Below are positions 13,046-28,300 of a stretch of DNA of 64,000 nucleotides, one piece after another. A model generated the notes under the pieces. It saw only the letters and a program-made list of their open reading frames with translations, did not search any database and had not been told where the DNA came from. This DNA is from the human T2T-CHM13v2.0 reference genome, Homo sapiens. Where the stretch lies: assembly GCF_009914755.1 (NCBI RefSeq), contig NC_060928.1, one strand, 5' to 3'. The stretch's first letter is position 1. Every line of letters starts with the position of its first letter. Made by a program: the position numbers and the translations under genes.

Positions 13046-15368
13046 GTCACATTTTATATGCTTTCTGTGCTATCCCAATAACTCAACATTTCACACATTT
13101 TGAAAAATCTTTTCAAATAAAAGTTAAAAAATCGTCTTGGTATTAAGCTATTGTAATAATGGGACTTATTCAAATTGTAGTTTATATTATGTATGATGTT
13201 ATATTTGGTAAACTGTGAGAATGAAAATTAACCTCATAGAAAAAGTATGTCAATATTATTCCTTAAAATTAAGTCTGTTTCTAGTTATCTTCTGGAGCCA
13301 AAACTCATCTGACATGAAAATTGCAACATAAGCCTTTGTTTTTCAAATTCAATTTTTAAAATTTAGATTAAATGGTAGCAAGAAATTTAGATCACTAGTT
13401 TTGATCTTTTGCAGTATTTAACTTAATAATTTATAAAGTTAACTAAATATATAACTAAAATGTTGTGAGTAGTGGGTTTGCAAGAGCCTAAGAGTATTAA
13501 CTGAGAAGTTAACTGCCCTCTGAGTCATATAATGTCTCCCAAAACCATCATGATGAACTCAAGGCCACGTTTATGCAACAAAAATAGTTAATAATTCATT
13601 TTAAATTCCATTAATTTTAATCATATTTAAGAAAAGTTTATTTGCTTTTCATATATTGTTTCTCTCTCTCTCTCGCACTCTCTATATACATACAACACAG
13701 ATATATTTTCTATTTATACTGAATGTTTTCTAAGGAAATGCATGATTTTCTAATGACCTTCTACATTAAGAGAATCACATTTTTACTATACAAGTGACTT
13801 ATAAATGATTTAAGCAGGTTAAACCTTTGTCTAAAAATTACATATCAAACCTGAGTTCCTTATGAATTCCAAAATGAATTGCCATTTTCCCCAAGCTCTT
13901 TATATCAGTTAGCAACATGGGCTTATATCTGGTAAACATATTTACACATATGGCATTGATAAGAATATTGATAATTAGAGAGCATGGATGCGAATTATGT
14001 CTCCATTCCATAATGGTATTTTTATTTCTTGTTAGAGATATATGGATGTTCTTATCTATAAAATGTCTTGCTAAGACTATGTATTTCTCATAATATTGAA
14101 TTTGCTATCATTCCATATTTTCTGCTACAAAAATAGAGTAAAACCTTACTAATTATAACTGTATTATATGTAACTTTAAATATGCTCTTTGCTTATAATC
14201 AAATGATCAAAATTTTCAATAGTTTTAAAATCAATTATAAATAAATGAATTTGATTTTTCTAAATGTTATGAGAATTCAAGCCAATGCTTTGTCTGAAAA
14301 CATGGGCATTTTTGGTTGAACATGTTTGTAAGGAAGATGTCTAAAACTTAAATCCCAGAATAACTGAATAATGAAAATGAGAGAGAGAGAAAAAAAATTA
14401 TATAATTTTATAAAATAATTTAAGTAGAGAGTAAAGAAACACTTCCCAAACAAGCCCAACAAAACTCTGAAGGTTTGCTTTAGGGAGAGGTTTGATGAGT
14501 TTTAGAATTTTCTCTAACTTATCTCATGTTTTAATACATGATATTTGAAAGAGAATTTGGGCAGGATTGGTATATCTCAAAATCCAGATATATAAGATGA
14601 GGCTGTCAGGAATAGTATTGCCTTTGGTAGAACTGAATGAATCCTTCCTTAACCTCTGATTGATATTTAATTGATGAGAGTGCATTCAGGGTGTTAGAGT
14701 TATGGTATGTAAATAGAAATAGGGTTGACATAAAAATGCAGAGTCATGGTGAAATTTGACATCAAGGCCATGCCTAGGCAAACAGAAATAATTGCACAAT
14801 AGCCTTGAATATGCTGCTGTATCTACCTCCTTCATACTGCATTTGACTTTCTGTAATCAAAAGGATTATTTAACAATCAAATAGAGCAATGTCACTGCAA
14901 ATTCACTGAGTGTGAACGGACATAACTGACAACTGAGTTTTGACTTAAAATGATCAGGTAAGAATCCATAACTCTTGATGACTTGCAAACATTTATCACA
15001 CTTTTTTTTCTTAATTCAGTATTTCTTGCATGAACTTATTCTAAGTTTTGCTCCAAATTGATTTATGTGGCTCAAGAAGTATATAATGTAGGTATTTGAC
15101 TATAGGAAAGCTTAGCACTGAAAATTTAAGAATATCTAAGAAATACAATTGACATAATTACTTCAAAGGAATATTTATTAATACGTGGGTTAGTGAAAGA
15201 AAAATACAGTTTAAGCACTAAATATATTATTTCAATTTCCATATATACTCATGGATTTTTTCTATCTAACTCATTTATACATTTTAATCTTGGGGTGCTC
15301 ATGTAAGAGCCCTATCAATAGTACTATGTCTCTATGAGATAGAGAACACCAATATGCAATTTGCTCAG

Positions 15369-15727
15369 TGTTACAGACTAAATGTTTGTGCCTCCCCAGA
15401 GTGAACATGTGGAAATTGAATCCCCAGTGTGATAGTATTTGGAGGCAGGGCATTGAAGGTAATTAGGTCATGAGGGTGGAGTCCAAGTCAAAGGATTAGT
15501 ACTCTTATCAGAAGAGACCAGAGAACTAGCTTGCTCTCTTTCTGCCATGTGAGGATGCAAAGGGAAGTCAGCAGTCTGCAATCTGGAAGAGGGCCCTTAA
15601 TAGAATCTAACTATGCAGATATGCTGATCTTGGACTTCTGTCCTCCAGAACCATAAACAATAAATTTATGTCATTTGTAATTCACTCAATTTATGGTACT
15701 TGTTACAGCTACTTAAAAGAACTGACA
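15369..15727 (+). mobile_element. MLT1A0-like MaLR solo LTR
   Basis: TG...CA ends; taattaggtcatgagggtggag; ctgatcttggacttct..cctccagaac; aataaattt. Confidence 0.88.
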
Positions 15728-15989
15728 CTTAGAGGTTTTTTGTTTGTTTTTTGTTTTTATTTCTTTTTGCTTCAGAAAACAATCTGCTGGGTGAAGCTCT
15801 ATTTTTGTTTTACTAATAGCTTTATTTTAAATTTTTGAGTGGGCATTCTGATTTTCCTTGACATTTGACCACACTGAAGTGGTGAAAAATAATCATTTTT
15901 CTCTCTGGCTTTTTGATGCATTTTATTTAAAAAAAATGGTAGTAGTAGGTTACCAATACTCCCAATTATTTGCTTCATCTTTCTATTAT

Positions 15990-16780
15990 CAAATTATACT
16001 TATCTACTCCATTAATATGAGGTTTGCTCATATAATTTGCTTGGTCAATAGACTGTGAGAGAAAGCATCATGTGACTCTTACTCACATGAGCTTTTAATA
16101 GCCATTATGGATTTAATCTATTTTTAAAAAATATTTGCCACAATACACTATTCACAATAGCAAAGACTTGGAACCAACCCAAATGTCCATCAGTGATAGA
16201 CTGGATAAAGAAAATGTGGCACATATACACCATGGAATACCATGCAGCCATAAAAAAGGATGAGTTCATGTCCTTTGTAGGGACATGGATGAAGCTGGGA
16301 ACCATCATTCTGAGCAAACTATCGCAAGGAAAGAAAACCAAACACTGCATGTTCTCACTCACAGGTGGGAATTGAACAATGAGAAAACTTGGACACAGGG
16401 TGGGGAATATCACACACCGGGGCCTGTCGTGGAGTGGGGGAGTGGGGGAGGGATAGCATTAGGAGAAATACCTAATGTAAATGAAGAGTTAATGGGTGCA
16501 GCAAACCAACACGGCACATGTATACATATGTAACAAACCTGCACGTTGTGCACATGTACCCTAGGACTTAAAAATATAATAATAATTTTAAAAATTGGCC
16601 ACAATAAAAGCATGGCCTAAATCATTTTTTTTCAGTTCAGGAAGAAGAAAACACATAGGGCAAAATTTTAACCAATGTAGAACTGACATGGCAAAAGCAA
16701 ACTATAAACATTTACTTTTATAAATCACTGAGATTTGGAAATTGTGTGTTATGACAGGATAATTTAGTAAAAGTGATACA
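15990..16780 (+). mobile_element. Old MLT1 (H/I/J-type) LTR split by an L1PA insertion
   Basis: ttgcttggtcaatagactgtgagagaaag 5' part; taaatcactgagatttggaaattgtgtgtt...gataca 3' part. Confidence 0.65.
16146..16586 (+). mobile_element. 5'-truncated L1PA (about PA5-PA7) 3' end
   Basis: ORF2p C-terminus (WIKKMWHIYTMEYHAAIKKDEFMSFVGTWMKL), 3' UTR G-tract and aataat tail; TSD-like tttgccacaata / ttggccacaata. Confidence 0.95.
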
Positions 16781-17059
16781 GAGGCACAATAGTTTTAGGT
16801 CTGTCTAAAATAATGAAAATAATTTTAGATTCATCTTCATCTCAGAAGTGAGTATTCAAGAGTTTTTAGAAAATTATCTTTCGTGCTATTTGATATTTCT
16901 ATTGTTCTTATTATAGACATGAGACTCATTTGAAAACCACAAATATGTGATGAGTTGACTGAAGTCTACAAGAAAGATCCAGTAGTATGTTTGCTTGGAC
17001 TATACAGGCATTTGCAGAGTGGTACCACCAACAACTAAATCAATCAAAACAAAATTTCC

Positions 17060-17290
17060 GCTATTTGCTGTTCAGTTGCCATGTGCCATGTTCCATGCTA
17101 AGTGTTTTATGTGCGTTATGCCATTTTTACTTATTATTGTACCCTATGAAGCAGATACTCTTGTTATTTTCATTTACATATGAGGTGATTGAGTATATAT
17201 TGTTTAAGTAACTGGCATAAAGAGGTAATCTAGAGGTGAAAACACCTGTATCCATACCTAGCTATGTCTACTTCTAAAGACCATGCACAA
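17060..17290 (-). mobile_element. MIR SINE
   Basis: catgtgcca..catgctaagtgtttta; accctatgaagcagatact; catttacatatgagg. Confidence 0.8.
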
Positions 17291-17399
17291 GAAAAAAAGA
17301 AAAACTATAAAATTAATTAAATAGCTTGTTTATTAAGGTGTGTAATAAAGGCAACATCTGTAGCTGGAAGAGGTTTTGTGGATAATATCTTGAAAATAT

Positions 17400-18570
17400 C
17401 TTGAAAAAACGCACAAAAAGCTATGACAACCATGTACTCTAAAACTATAATAAACAGATGTGTGGCATTTGCCCAGATCTAGAATAGCAAAGTTGGTGAA
17501 TTAAAAGAGAAAAGTAAAGACTAAAAACCTCTCTAAGTATTATAAAAGTTGAGTATTTGATAACAGAATTTCTAATCAGCAAGGCAAAAGTATATATTTT
17601 TAAATAAACTGATCTTTAATAAACTTGTTACCTTTTGGAGAAAACAAAAATTTGATACCAGCTTAATATAATGCATTAAGCCTTAAGATAAATTAAAGGT
17701 AGATAAGCTAGAGATTTAAAAATATTATATATGTAAAGTATTATTTAGTATACAATTATATATATTAGAGAAGACTGTAAGTGAATATTTATTAATATTG
17801 GGATTAAGGCAGGACAGTTCCATTTAACAATATTTAACTAAAAAAATCCCTAAAAGAGATATTTCTTACAAAATAAATGTGTCTGCAGAAAATTCATAAA
17901 ATAAAATACGAAGCGAAAGGTAAAATGTGAGGAGAACAAAACACATATTTAAAAAAGATTATTATGACCCTTATGTATTAAAGTCTTTCATCATAGAAAA
18001 CAAGTATCTTAGTAGACTAATAGATGATAGACAAAAAACTGAAAGAGTTCACTAATGCAAAGATATAGAAAATAATATATTAAAATAAGTCAACCTCACC
18101 AATAAGCCATATGAATTAATTTTAAAATGGCAGCTTTAACCTATCCAATTGATAAATTATTAGATAGTATGGCACATAAATATTGTGAGTTCAGTAAATC
18201 GGGCAATTTTGCTGACAGATGTTAGAAATATAAAAAGATACCAGTTAGAGGATCCTAATTGTAGATTATATGGCTGAATCCTTAAGACTTTTTTTGTTGT
18301 TTTTTAAACCAAAATTCTACCACTAAGGTTTTATTATGGGTTAATAATAAGAGATGAGATACAAAAATATATCTGAGGAATTCATGTGATTGTATTATTC
18401 TAACATTCAATATTCAGACATGATTATGGTAGAAATGCATAATCATTAAGATCACAGTTTTTAGCAATATTTAGATGTTTATATGAATTAAATACACTCT
18501 GGTGGAAAACATTACAAGGTATATATTTAGTATGTTCACCAACGTGCAATATGTAATGCATATATACATA
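17400..18570 (+). mobile_element. Ancient L1ME ORF2/3' region, left part
   Basis: A-rich, degraded L1 ORF2-3'UTR motifs (tactctaaaactataat; agtcaacctcaccaataa; cctatccaattgataaa). Confidence 0.65.
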
Positions 18571-21500
18571 TATTTTAGTGATGAAAAATAAATGTACATA
18601 GTTTCAGAGTACATGTGAAAATTTAATACCTTCATATAATCTGTAAAGGTCAAATCAGTGTACTTCATATATTCATTACTTTATATATTCATCTTTTCTT
18701 TATGCCAGAACCATTTGAATTTTTCTTTTCTAGTTTATTTTGAAATACACAATAGATTATTGTAACTGTAGTCACCCTATTGGTCTATCTAACACCAGAT
18801 CTTATGTCTTCTATTGAACTGTATATTTGTACATATTAATCAACTTCTCTGCATCCTTCAATCCTCTTCCTTCCCTGGTCTCTGATAATCACTAATTTAC
18901 TCTTAGCTTCATGAGATTCACTTCTTTAGCTCCCACATATGAGTGAGAACATGCAATATTAGTATTTCTGCGCTTGGCTTATTTCACTTAACAACATGAT
19001 CTCCAGTCCCATCTGTTTTGCTGCAAATGACAGGATTTTATTCTTTTTCATGGCACAATAATATTCTATTGTGTATATATACTACATTTTCTTTACTCAG
19101 CTGTTAATGGGCACTTAGGTTGCTTTTATAGTTTGGCTATTGTGAATATTTCTGCTATAAACACAGGTGTGCAAATGTCTTTTCAAAATTTAGATTTTCT
19201 TTCTTTTTTTTTTTGGATATATACCCAGTAGTGAGACTGCTGGATCATGAAAATGTTATTCTTAGTTTTTTGAGGACCCAGTGTATGATTCCCCATAGTA
19301 GCTATACTATTTTATACATTCCACCAACAGTGTGCAACAATGTACAAAAGGGAAAGGTGTTCTCTTTTTCCCATGTCTTTGCCACCATCTGTTACTGTCT
19401 GTCTTCTTAACATAATTCACTTTTACTAGGGTGAGATGACATTGTGGTTTTGATTTGTATTTCTCTTATCATTAGTGATGATAGACATTTTTCATATCCC
19501 TGTTGGCCATTTGTATGTCTTATCTTGAGAAATATCTATTCAGATATTTTGCCAATGTTTTATTTTATTTGCTTCTCTGGTTATTCAGTTGTTTGAGTAG
19601 TTTGCAAATATTTTCTCAAATTCTGTAAGTTGTCTCTTCAGGTTGTTGTTTGATTTTGCTGTGTAGTAGCTTTTTAATTAGATATGATCTCATTCGCCTA
19701 TTTTTGCTTGGTTGTCTGTGCTTTTGAGGTCTTACTCAAGAAATCTTTGCCCAGATCAATATCCTGGAGAGTTTCCTGAATATTTTTTCCATTAATTTCA
19801 TTGTTTCAGATCTTAGATTTAAGTCTTTAATCCATTTTTATTTGATATTTGTTTATGGTGAGAGATAGGAGTCTAGTTTCAGTCTTCTGCATATAGTTAT
19901 TCAGTTTTCCCAGAACTTTTTATTGAAGAGACTGTCCTTTCTCCATAGTATGTTCTTGGTGCCTTGATTGAAGATGAGTTGGCTGTAAATGTGGGGATTT
20001 ATATCTGAGTTGTCTCTTCTGTTCCTTTATTCCATGTGTCTGTTTTCATGCCAATACCACACTGATTTGGTTACTATAGCTTTGTAGTAAATATTAGCTG
20101 TGTTCTTTTTGCTCAAGATTGCTTTTTCTATTCAGGGTCTTTTGTGGTTCTATATAAATGTTAGATTCTTTTTCTATTTCTGTAAAAAAAAAGGTCATTG
20201 TTATTTTGATAGGAATTGCACTAAATTTGTAAAATACTTTGGGTAATAGTTATTTTAACAATATTAATTCTCCCAATTGATGAGTATGGAATATCTTTCC
20301 ATTTTTTGTGTCGTCTTCATTTCCTTTTGTCAACGTTTTATAATTTTCCTTGTATAGATCTTCTACTTATTTGATCACATTGATTCCTATATTTTTATAT
20401 TATTCTCTGTAGCTACTCTAAATGGAATTGATTTCTTGATTATTTTTCAGATTGTTTGATGTTGGTATACACAAATGATAATGACTTTTATATGTTGGTT
20501 TTACATTCTATAACCTTATTGAATTTATCAGTACTAGCAGTATTTCAGTAGAGTGTTCAGGTTTTAGTAAGCGTAATATTATGTCATCTGTTAACAAAGC
20601 TAACTTGACTTCTTCCTTTTCAATTTGGATACTGCTATTATTTTTCTCTTGCCTAACTGCTGTGGCCAGGACTTCCAGTACCATATTTAATAAAAGTGAT
20701 AAAAGTGAGTATCCTTTTTCTTTTCCAGATCTTAGAAGAAAAACCTTCAATTTTTTCCTGTTCAGTATTATGTTAGCTATTGGTTTGTCTTACGTAACCT
20801 TTATTACTTTGATGTATGTTCCTTCTATACACAGTTTGATGAAGGTTTTTATTATAAAGACAAGGTGAATATTATTGAATTCTTTTTTAGCATTTATTAA
20901 AATGATTATATATTTTTTGTTCTTGGTTTGGTTAATGTAATTTAACACATTTATTGATTTTTCTATGTTAATCCATCCTTGCATGCCTGAGATGAATCTC
21001 ACTTGGTCATGGTAAGTGACCTTTTTAATTTTTTGTTGAATTTGGTTTTGTTGAAGATTTTTGCATCTATGTTCATCAATGATTTTGGTCTGTTGTTTAC
21101 TTTTTTTGTTGTGTTCTCTAGTTTTGATATCAGGGTAATGCTGGCCTCATAGGATGTGTGTGGAAGTAGTCCCTTCTCCATTTTTTCTGAAGAGTTTCAG
21201 TAGAACTGGTATTAGTTTTTCGTTAAGTGTTTGGTAGAATTAAGTAGTAAAGCTATCAGGTCCTTGGTTTTTCTTTGATAAGAAATGTTTTATTACAGCA
21301 CCCATCTTGTTACTTGATATTGGTTTATTGAGATTGCTTTGTCATGGTAGGCTGCATGTGTACAAGAACGTATCTATTTATTCTAGGTTTTCCAATTTAT
21401 TGGCATATAGTTGTACATAATAGTCTCCAAGGATTCCTTGTATTTCTGTGGTCTTAATTGTTTCATCTCGTTTTTTATTTCTGATGTTATTTATTTGGGG

Positions 21501-21625
21501 CCTCTTTTTTCCTTTAGTCTACCTAAAGGTTTGCCAATTTTGTTTATCTTTTCGAAAAACAAACTTTTCATCTTGTTGATCTTTGGCACTTTTTTGGCCT
21601 CATTTTTATTTGTTTATCCTGTGAA

Positions 21626-21932
21626 TTTTTTTTTTTTTTTTTTTTTTTTTTTGGACAGAGTTTTGCTCTTTTTGCCCAGGCTGGAGTGCAATGGCGCAAT
21701 CTAGGCTCACATCGACCTTCGCCTCCTGGGCTCAAGCGATTCTTCTGTGTCAGCCTCCCGAGTAGCTGAGATTACAGGCATGCACCACCATGCCTGGCTA
21801 ATTTTGTATTTTTAGTAGAGACGGGTTTCTCCATTTTGGTCAGGCTGGTCTCAAACTCCCAACCTCAAGTGATCCACCCGCCTCAGCCTCCCAAAATGCT
21901 GGGATTACAGGCGTGAGCCACCGCACCCAGCC
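21626..21932 (-). mobile_element. AluS (Sq/Sp-like)
   Basis: Full dimer, poly-T tail, gagttttgctctt..tgcccagg and gtgcaatggcgcaatc diagnostics; TSD-like ctgtgaattt/ctctgaaattt. Confidence 0.95.
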
Positions 21933-22328
21933 CTCTGAAATTTTATTATTTCTTTTCTCCCACTAATTTGTGGTTTAGTTTGCTTTTGCTTTGCTAATTC
22001 CTTGAAGTGTGTTGTTAGGCTATTTATTTGAAACCTTTCCATTTTTTTGATAAAAGCATTTATTGCTATAAATGTCTGTCTTTCTACTGCTTTTGTTGTA
22101 TCCAATAATTATTAGAATGTTTGACTTTTTTGAATTTGTTCAGACTTGTTTTGTGGCCCCAAATAGGGTTTATTTTGGAGAATGTTCCATGTGCTGATGA
22201 AAAGAAGGTGTATTCTACAGCAACTGAATGGAATCTTCTGTAAATGTCGGTTAGAACTATGAGGTTTAATGTGTAGCTTAACTTCAGTGTTTCTTTGCTG
22301 AATTCCTGTCTGGATGATCTGTCCATAC

Positions 22329-22740
22329 TAACATCATTTAGATCTGTGTTCCTGAGCAAATATCATGTGATCCCTGATGTTGAAGGTGTGGACTGATGGG
22401 AGGTGATTGGATCATGGGGGGCAAAGTTCTCATGAATGGTTTGGCACAATCTCCTGGAGCTTTTCTCATGATTTTGAGTGAGTGAGTTCTCATGAGATCT
22501 GGTTGTCTAAATGTGGCATCTCCTGTCTTTCTCCCTTGCTACTGCTCTGGCCATGGCAGATGTGCCTGCTTTCCCTTCACTTTTCATCATGATTGTTAGT
22601 TTCCAGAGGCCTCCCCAGAAGCAGAAGCTGCTATGCTTTCTGTGCAGACTACAGAACCACGAGCCAATTAAAGCTTTTTTCTTTATAAATTATCCGGTTT
22701 CAGGTATTTTTTTACAGCAATGGGAGAATGGACTATTACA
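22329..22740 (+). mobile_element. MSTA-like MaLR solo LTR inside L1
   Basis: gggaggtgattggatcatgggg; gagttctcatgagatctggttg; gaggcctccccagaagcagaagc; ends gactattaca; L1 text resumes afterwards. Confidence 0.92.
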
Positions 22741-23246
22741 ATTACTGAGAGTGAGATGTTAAAGTTTCCAACCACTATTGTGTTGCCATCTCTCTCTCCC
22801 TTTATATGTATCAACATTCATTTTGTATATTTGGGATCTGTGGTGTTGGATACATAAATACTTGTAATTGTTATATCTTGTTGCTGAATTCACACCTTTA
22901 TCATTATACAGTGACTTTTTTTTTTTTTTTACAGTCTTTGGGTTTTATTCTATTTTATCTGTGGCTATAAGTATGGCCACTCCTGCTCACTTTTGGTTTC
23001 CAGTTGCATGGAATATCATTTCCAACCTTTCACTTTCAGCCCATGTGTTTCTTTATAGGTGAGGTGGGTTTCTTATAGTTGGTCTTATTTCTTTATTCAT
23101 TACCCAATCTATGTCTTTTAATTGGAGAATTGAGTTCATTTACATTTAGTGTTATTGATAATTAAGGACTTACTACTGTCATTTTGTCACTTTTATCTTC
23201 ATTTTTTGTAACTCCTTTCTTCTTTTCTTACTGTCTTCCTTTGTGA

Positions 23247-23578
<332 letters not shown>

Positions 23579-25789
23579 CGACTTTTTTCTAGTAATGTGT
23601 TTTAATTCATTTTTTTTTTATTTTTAGTAAATTTATTACGGGTTTTGCATTGTGTCTACTATGAGAGGCACAAAAACATCTTATAGTATAACAAGTTGTT
23701 TTAAAGGTATGACAACTTATTTTAGAATACAAAGAAAAGAACAGAAACAAACAAAAACCAAAAACTTCCAAAATTCAACCATTTTCCCCACATTTTGACT
23801 ATCAGTTGTCTCATCTACATATTTTATATTATCTATCTCTTAATAGGTTGCTATTGCTATTCTTGATTTTGATAGATTTGTCTTTTAAGAGTGCATTATA
23901 AAATTAAAATTATAATATTAGTGTATTCCAAATGTATCCATGTACTTAATTTTACCAATGGATTTTATACCTTCCAATATTTTTTGTGTATTTTTTCCTG
24001 CACATTTTTCTGCATGTTTGTTGTTTTTTCTTACACATTATTATTTTTTTTCTTTCAGACTGAAGAACTCTCTTTAGCATTTCTTATAAGATGGATCTGC
24101 TGGTGGTAAAATTTCTCAAGCTTTTGTTTGTCTGGGAAAGACTTTACCCAGTCTTTGTATTTGAAGGATAGCTTAGCTGAATACAGTATTCTTGAATGGC
24201 AGTTTTTTTGTTTTTTTTTTCTTTCAGCGTTTTGAAAATGCCATTCAACTCCTTTCTGTCCTGTATGATTTCTGTTGAGAGTGTGTTGTGGCAGATAAAT
24301 TGGGGCACCTTTATATGTTATTTCCTCCTTTTCTCTTGCTGCTTTTAGGATTCTCTCTTTGGCCTTTGAGAGTTTGATTATTATATATATGACTTAGGGT
24401 ATTCTGATTTTGGTCACTTATGTTTTGTCTTCTCAGACCTTCCTCTATCTGGATATTTATATCTTTCTCATGTTTGGGAAAGTTTTCTGTTATTATTACT
24501 TTGAATTACCTTACTACCCCTCACTCTTGCTCAACTTTCTCTTAAACACCAATAATTTTTACATTTGTTATTTTGAGTTTTTTTTTATATTATAGGTGAT
24601 CTTTTTATTTTTTATTATTTTCTTGTTTTTTCTGCTCGAACTATGTTTTCAAATAGCCTGTTTTGAAGGTCACTGATTTTTTTCCTGTTTGATTCTTTCC
24701 ATTGTTGAGAGCCTCTAATAAATTTTTCAATTCAAAAATTGTATTTCAGTTGTAAGATTTCTGTCTGATTTTTAAAATCATTTAAATCTCTGTTAAATTT
24801 ATCTGACAAATTTCTAAATTGCTTTTCCATGTTATCCTGGAGATTACTGAGTTTCTTTAAAACTGCCATTTTGAATTATTGATCAGAAAGCTCACATATC
24901 ACCACCTTATTAGAGTCAGTTACTGGTTCCTTGCTTTGTCCACTTGGGTTTTGAAACCATTCCATAGTGGTTTCCTGTTTGCTGTTATTTATTGTGGATG
25001 TATATCTATGTCTTTGCATTAAAGAGTTATTTATTTCAGTCTTCTCAGTCTGACTCCTTTCGGTTTTTATTGAATATATTTGCTTACAGGTTTTTTACCA
25101 TTTGTTCACTGCCTTCTTTTCAGCTCTAGGTGATGCCTTATGCCCAAGTTCTTCTTTTCCCCAGTAAATAATTGGAGCACTACCATTCCTGAACAGAGGA
25201 GGCTCCAAAGGGGTTACCCCGTCAATGTGGGAAGGCTAGCAAGGGGTTCATGCCATAGGAACCTGTGTGATGCACCTCTGACAGCATGGTGCTGCTGAAC
25301 GACCACACTGATTTGGCACTTTCTTTGGCTGAGTGAGAGTACAGTTTCCAGGTCTGGTGATAATAGTCCCACCTTTTCCCTTTGTCTCTCCCTGTCCTCA
25401 GGAATATTTGTTACTTCAAACACTTGTGATGCTTCCAGTGGGTTTAAGCAGGGATAGGTCCCCTGTCAAGGAAACTAAGATGGTGAAGAAGCTAGTTGTC
25501 CACCTTGCTCTCAGTTTTTCCATATAGAAACAGCGAGCTGGGGGAAAATTTTTCACATTTTTGTGCTATTCAGAATGGGAGGATGGATACTGCACATGGG
25601 AATGTTTGACTCTCTTACTTTCTGCTTGGAGATTTTTCTCTTCTCTGTGGCTCCATAAACTGTCTCATCTTCATATTTCAGTTATGGGATATTTCTGGTG
25701 ATAATCTTAGTGCTATATATTTGTTTTGTTTTGTTTCCTTTGGTGGTTGAAGAGAAGCGAAGCCAGGTTGCTTATGGAATCTGAAGTCC

Positions 25790-25960
25790 AATACATATAT
25801 ATTTACATATATTCATTCACATATATATGTAAAAAAAGCAGAAAAGAAACTGCTGTGCAAATACTGATAGTGCTGCTGTGGAATTATGTGATTTTTACTT
25901 CCTTTGGTTCTTTTGTAAATATTTTACAACGAGTATTACCTCTTAAGCAAAGAAATAGGA
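25790..25960 (+). mobile_element. L1ME (ME4-like) 3' end, right part of the element split by the L1MA
   Basis: aatactgatagtg..tggaattatgtgatttttacttcct..aaatattttacaacgagtattac resembles the L1ME 3' terminus. Confidence 0.6.
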
Positions 25961-25961
25961 T

Positions 25962-26438
25962 TGTTGTGCATTGAATTTTGTCTCTCAAAAATTATATATT
26001 TTAGTCCTAACCCTTAGGACTAGGACCCTTGACCTTATTTGGAAATAAGTTCATTGCAAATTAAAAAAGTTAACATGAGATCATTAGAGTGGGCCCTAAT
26101 CCAATATGATTGGTATCCCTATAAAAGGGAAAAACTAGACATAGAGATGCACACTGAGACAAGATAATAAGAAGACACAGAACGTCATGTGAAGGCACAG
26201 GATTGCAGTGGTATATTTCCAAGCCTAAATGCATTTATACCACTAAAGATTGTTGGCAAACCACCACAAACTAGGTAGGGGCAAGGAAGGATTCCTTTAC
26301 AGGTTTTGGAGGAAGCATGGCCCTGCCAGCACTCTGACTTTGAACTTCTGGCCTCCAGAACTGGAAGAAAATAAATTTCTGTTGTTTTAAGCCACTCAGT
26401 TTGTGGAAATTTGTTAAAGCAGTCCTGGGAAATTAACA
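25962..26438 (+). mobile_element. MLT1C/B-like MaLR solo LTR
   Basis: gaccttatttggaaata; gtgggccctaatccaatatga; ggaagcatggccctgcc; aataaatttctgttgttttaagccactcagtttgtgg. Confidence 0.92.
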
Positions 26439-28099
26439 GTGATGAATACCTTTGATAAATGACTTAATATTGAGCCAAAATAATGTAAATCTTTTGATCT
26501 AAAAGATGCAAATGATTATTTTTCTAGAGTCAAAATGTCCCTAGAAGTTTGAATTCTGTGAAAGAATAATTGATTATTAAATTGACATGTTTTTATCTTC
26601 CAGGATAGTTACTGTAGTTTTTCGTAGCCTTTCCATTTATTATACACATTTCCAGAGGAAAAAAAGTCATGTAATAATATTTGTGTTGTGGAAATTGTTA
26701 TTTTTGGTACTGTTTTTGTTCTTATTTCTTTATTGTGTACATCAGTGTCTACCATCCCAGTTTAAATTGGGCATAGTAATTGCTTTTTGGAAATACTTGT
26801 TGCTATGATTCTATATATCTCATGTGTAAGAGACAAAAGCAGTTATTTTGTATTTAAGCATTGTCTCTCTCTTGGCCTCTCTCTCTTTCTCTTTAGTAAC
26901 TAATACTTAAAAAGCAGTTAGAGTCATAGAGACTGCCGTTTCCCCTTTTCATGCCTTCTTTTTGAATTTCAAAGTACTAACCAGACTTTTTTTGATAAGT
27001 GTATATTTATTCATTTCCTATACAAATATTTTAGTTGTAATTTCACTTCTCTTGGGTCCTGCCTTGTATTGGTTTATCCTTTTAAGAAACCCAATCCAAA
27101 TTGGCAAAGACCTCAAGTTTACTTTATAACTGATGAAAGAGAATCAGGAGTTTTGAAGGGACTTTACCAAATTTTCCCAGTCCATATTTTCATAATCTAG
27201 TTTCATCTACACAGTTCTAAAGAAGATATTTTATACAGAAAGACTTTTCAGTGAAAAGTAATAAATGAAATGAAATGTGTAATGTTGAAATGGCTAGTTT
27301 TCTATGAAGACATCTGAGTAGGCCCGGATTTATTTTCTTATACCTAGAAGTTTTTTCATGCTTTATTCAACTTTCAGGGTTTGAATAAATATCAGATTAT
27401 TTGGATAAGTATGTATATTTATATAAACTGATCCACAGAGAGGTTAATTAAGAGATTTAGCCAGAACTATCTAGGGGCATCTCACATGTTGGATATGAAG
27501 CCAATGCATAAGAAGAAAGATTTCTACCATATAACTTTTATTTTATCAGAAAGTACATTAACTATTATTCGATTTTAATTTAGATATTTGACCTTTTCTG
27601 ATATGACTATGTTTTCATCAGCTCTGATGGAATTCTTATATTCATTAATGTATTCGAATATCTTTTTTTCTAACCGAATGTAATATTTCACTTTCTTCAA
27701 GTTCTATTTAAAAGAAATATCGGGGAAATTTTAAAAATCTATAAAATTCTCAAACAAATAACTTTAGGAAATTCCATTAGACTGAAATTTCTGAATAGAG
27801 AAAGAAGAAAAAAACAGTGCAAAAGATTAAACTCTTATTCTTTCTGTCTTTGCTTTTCTGTTTGCATTCATTAGCTTTCTGCTATTTTTCTTTTTATGTA
27901 ATATGGAACATTCATTTTAACTTACTGATGTACATAGATGTAAATGCAAGAAATCTTATTTTTTCCTTTTTTGTTCTTGCATTTTGCTTCATAGATAATA
28001 TGATAAATACTTCATAATTCTTCCCAACTAAGTATACTCCTGATTACTGCATTTTCTTCTCTCCCATCCTCCATTAAATTGCCTTTAGACATAAAGTTC

Positions 28100-28300
28100 A
28101 ATTAAAAGAATCTTAGATTTGGGGTTAAGAAATCTGAGTTGAATTACTTCTGTACGACTTTGAACAAGCAAATTACCTCTAAATCTGTGTTTCTTCACAT
28201 ATACAAAAACATTAGAGTGTTTATTATATCCTCCTCCACTGTTCGGAACAAATAAAAGGACTTTGAACATGTAGGGTTGTTCATATAAACTGTATTCAGA
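28100..28300 (+). mobile_element. MIR SINE
   Basis: gactttgaacaagcaaattacctctaaatctgtgtttcttcacatatacaaaa core. Confidence 0.65.

Noticed and set aside
20508-22359. RT- and endonuclease-like ORFs
   Set aside because: Disrupted L1 ORF2 interrupted by stops, an Alu and an LTR
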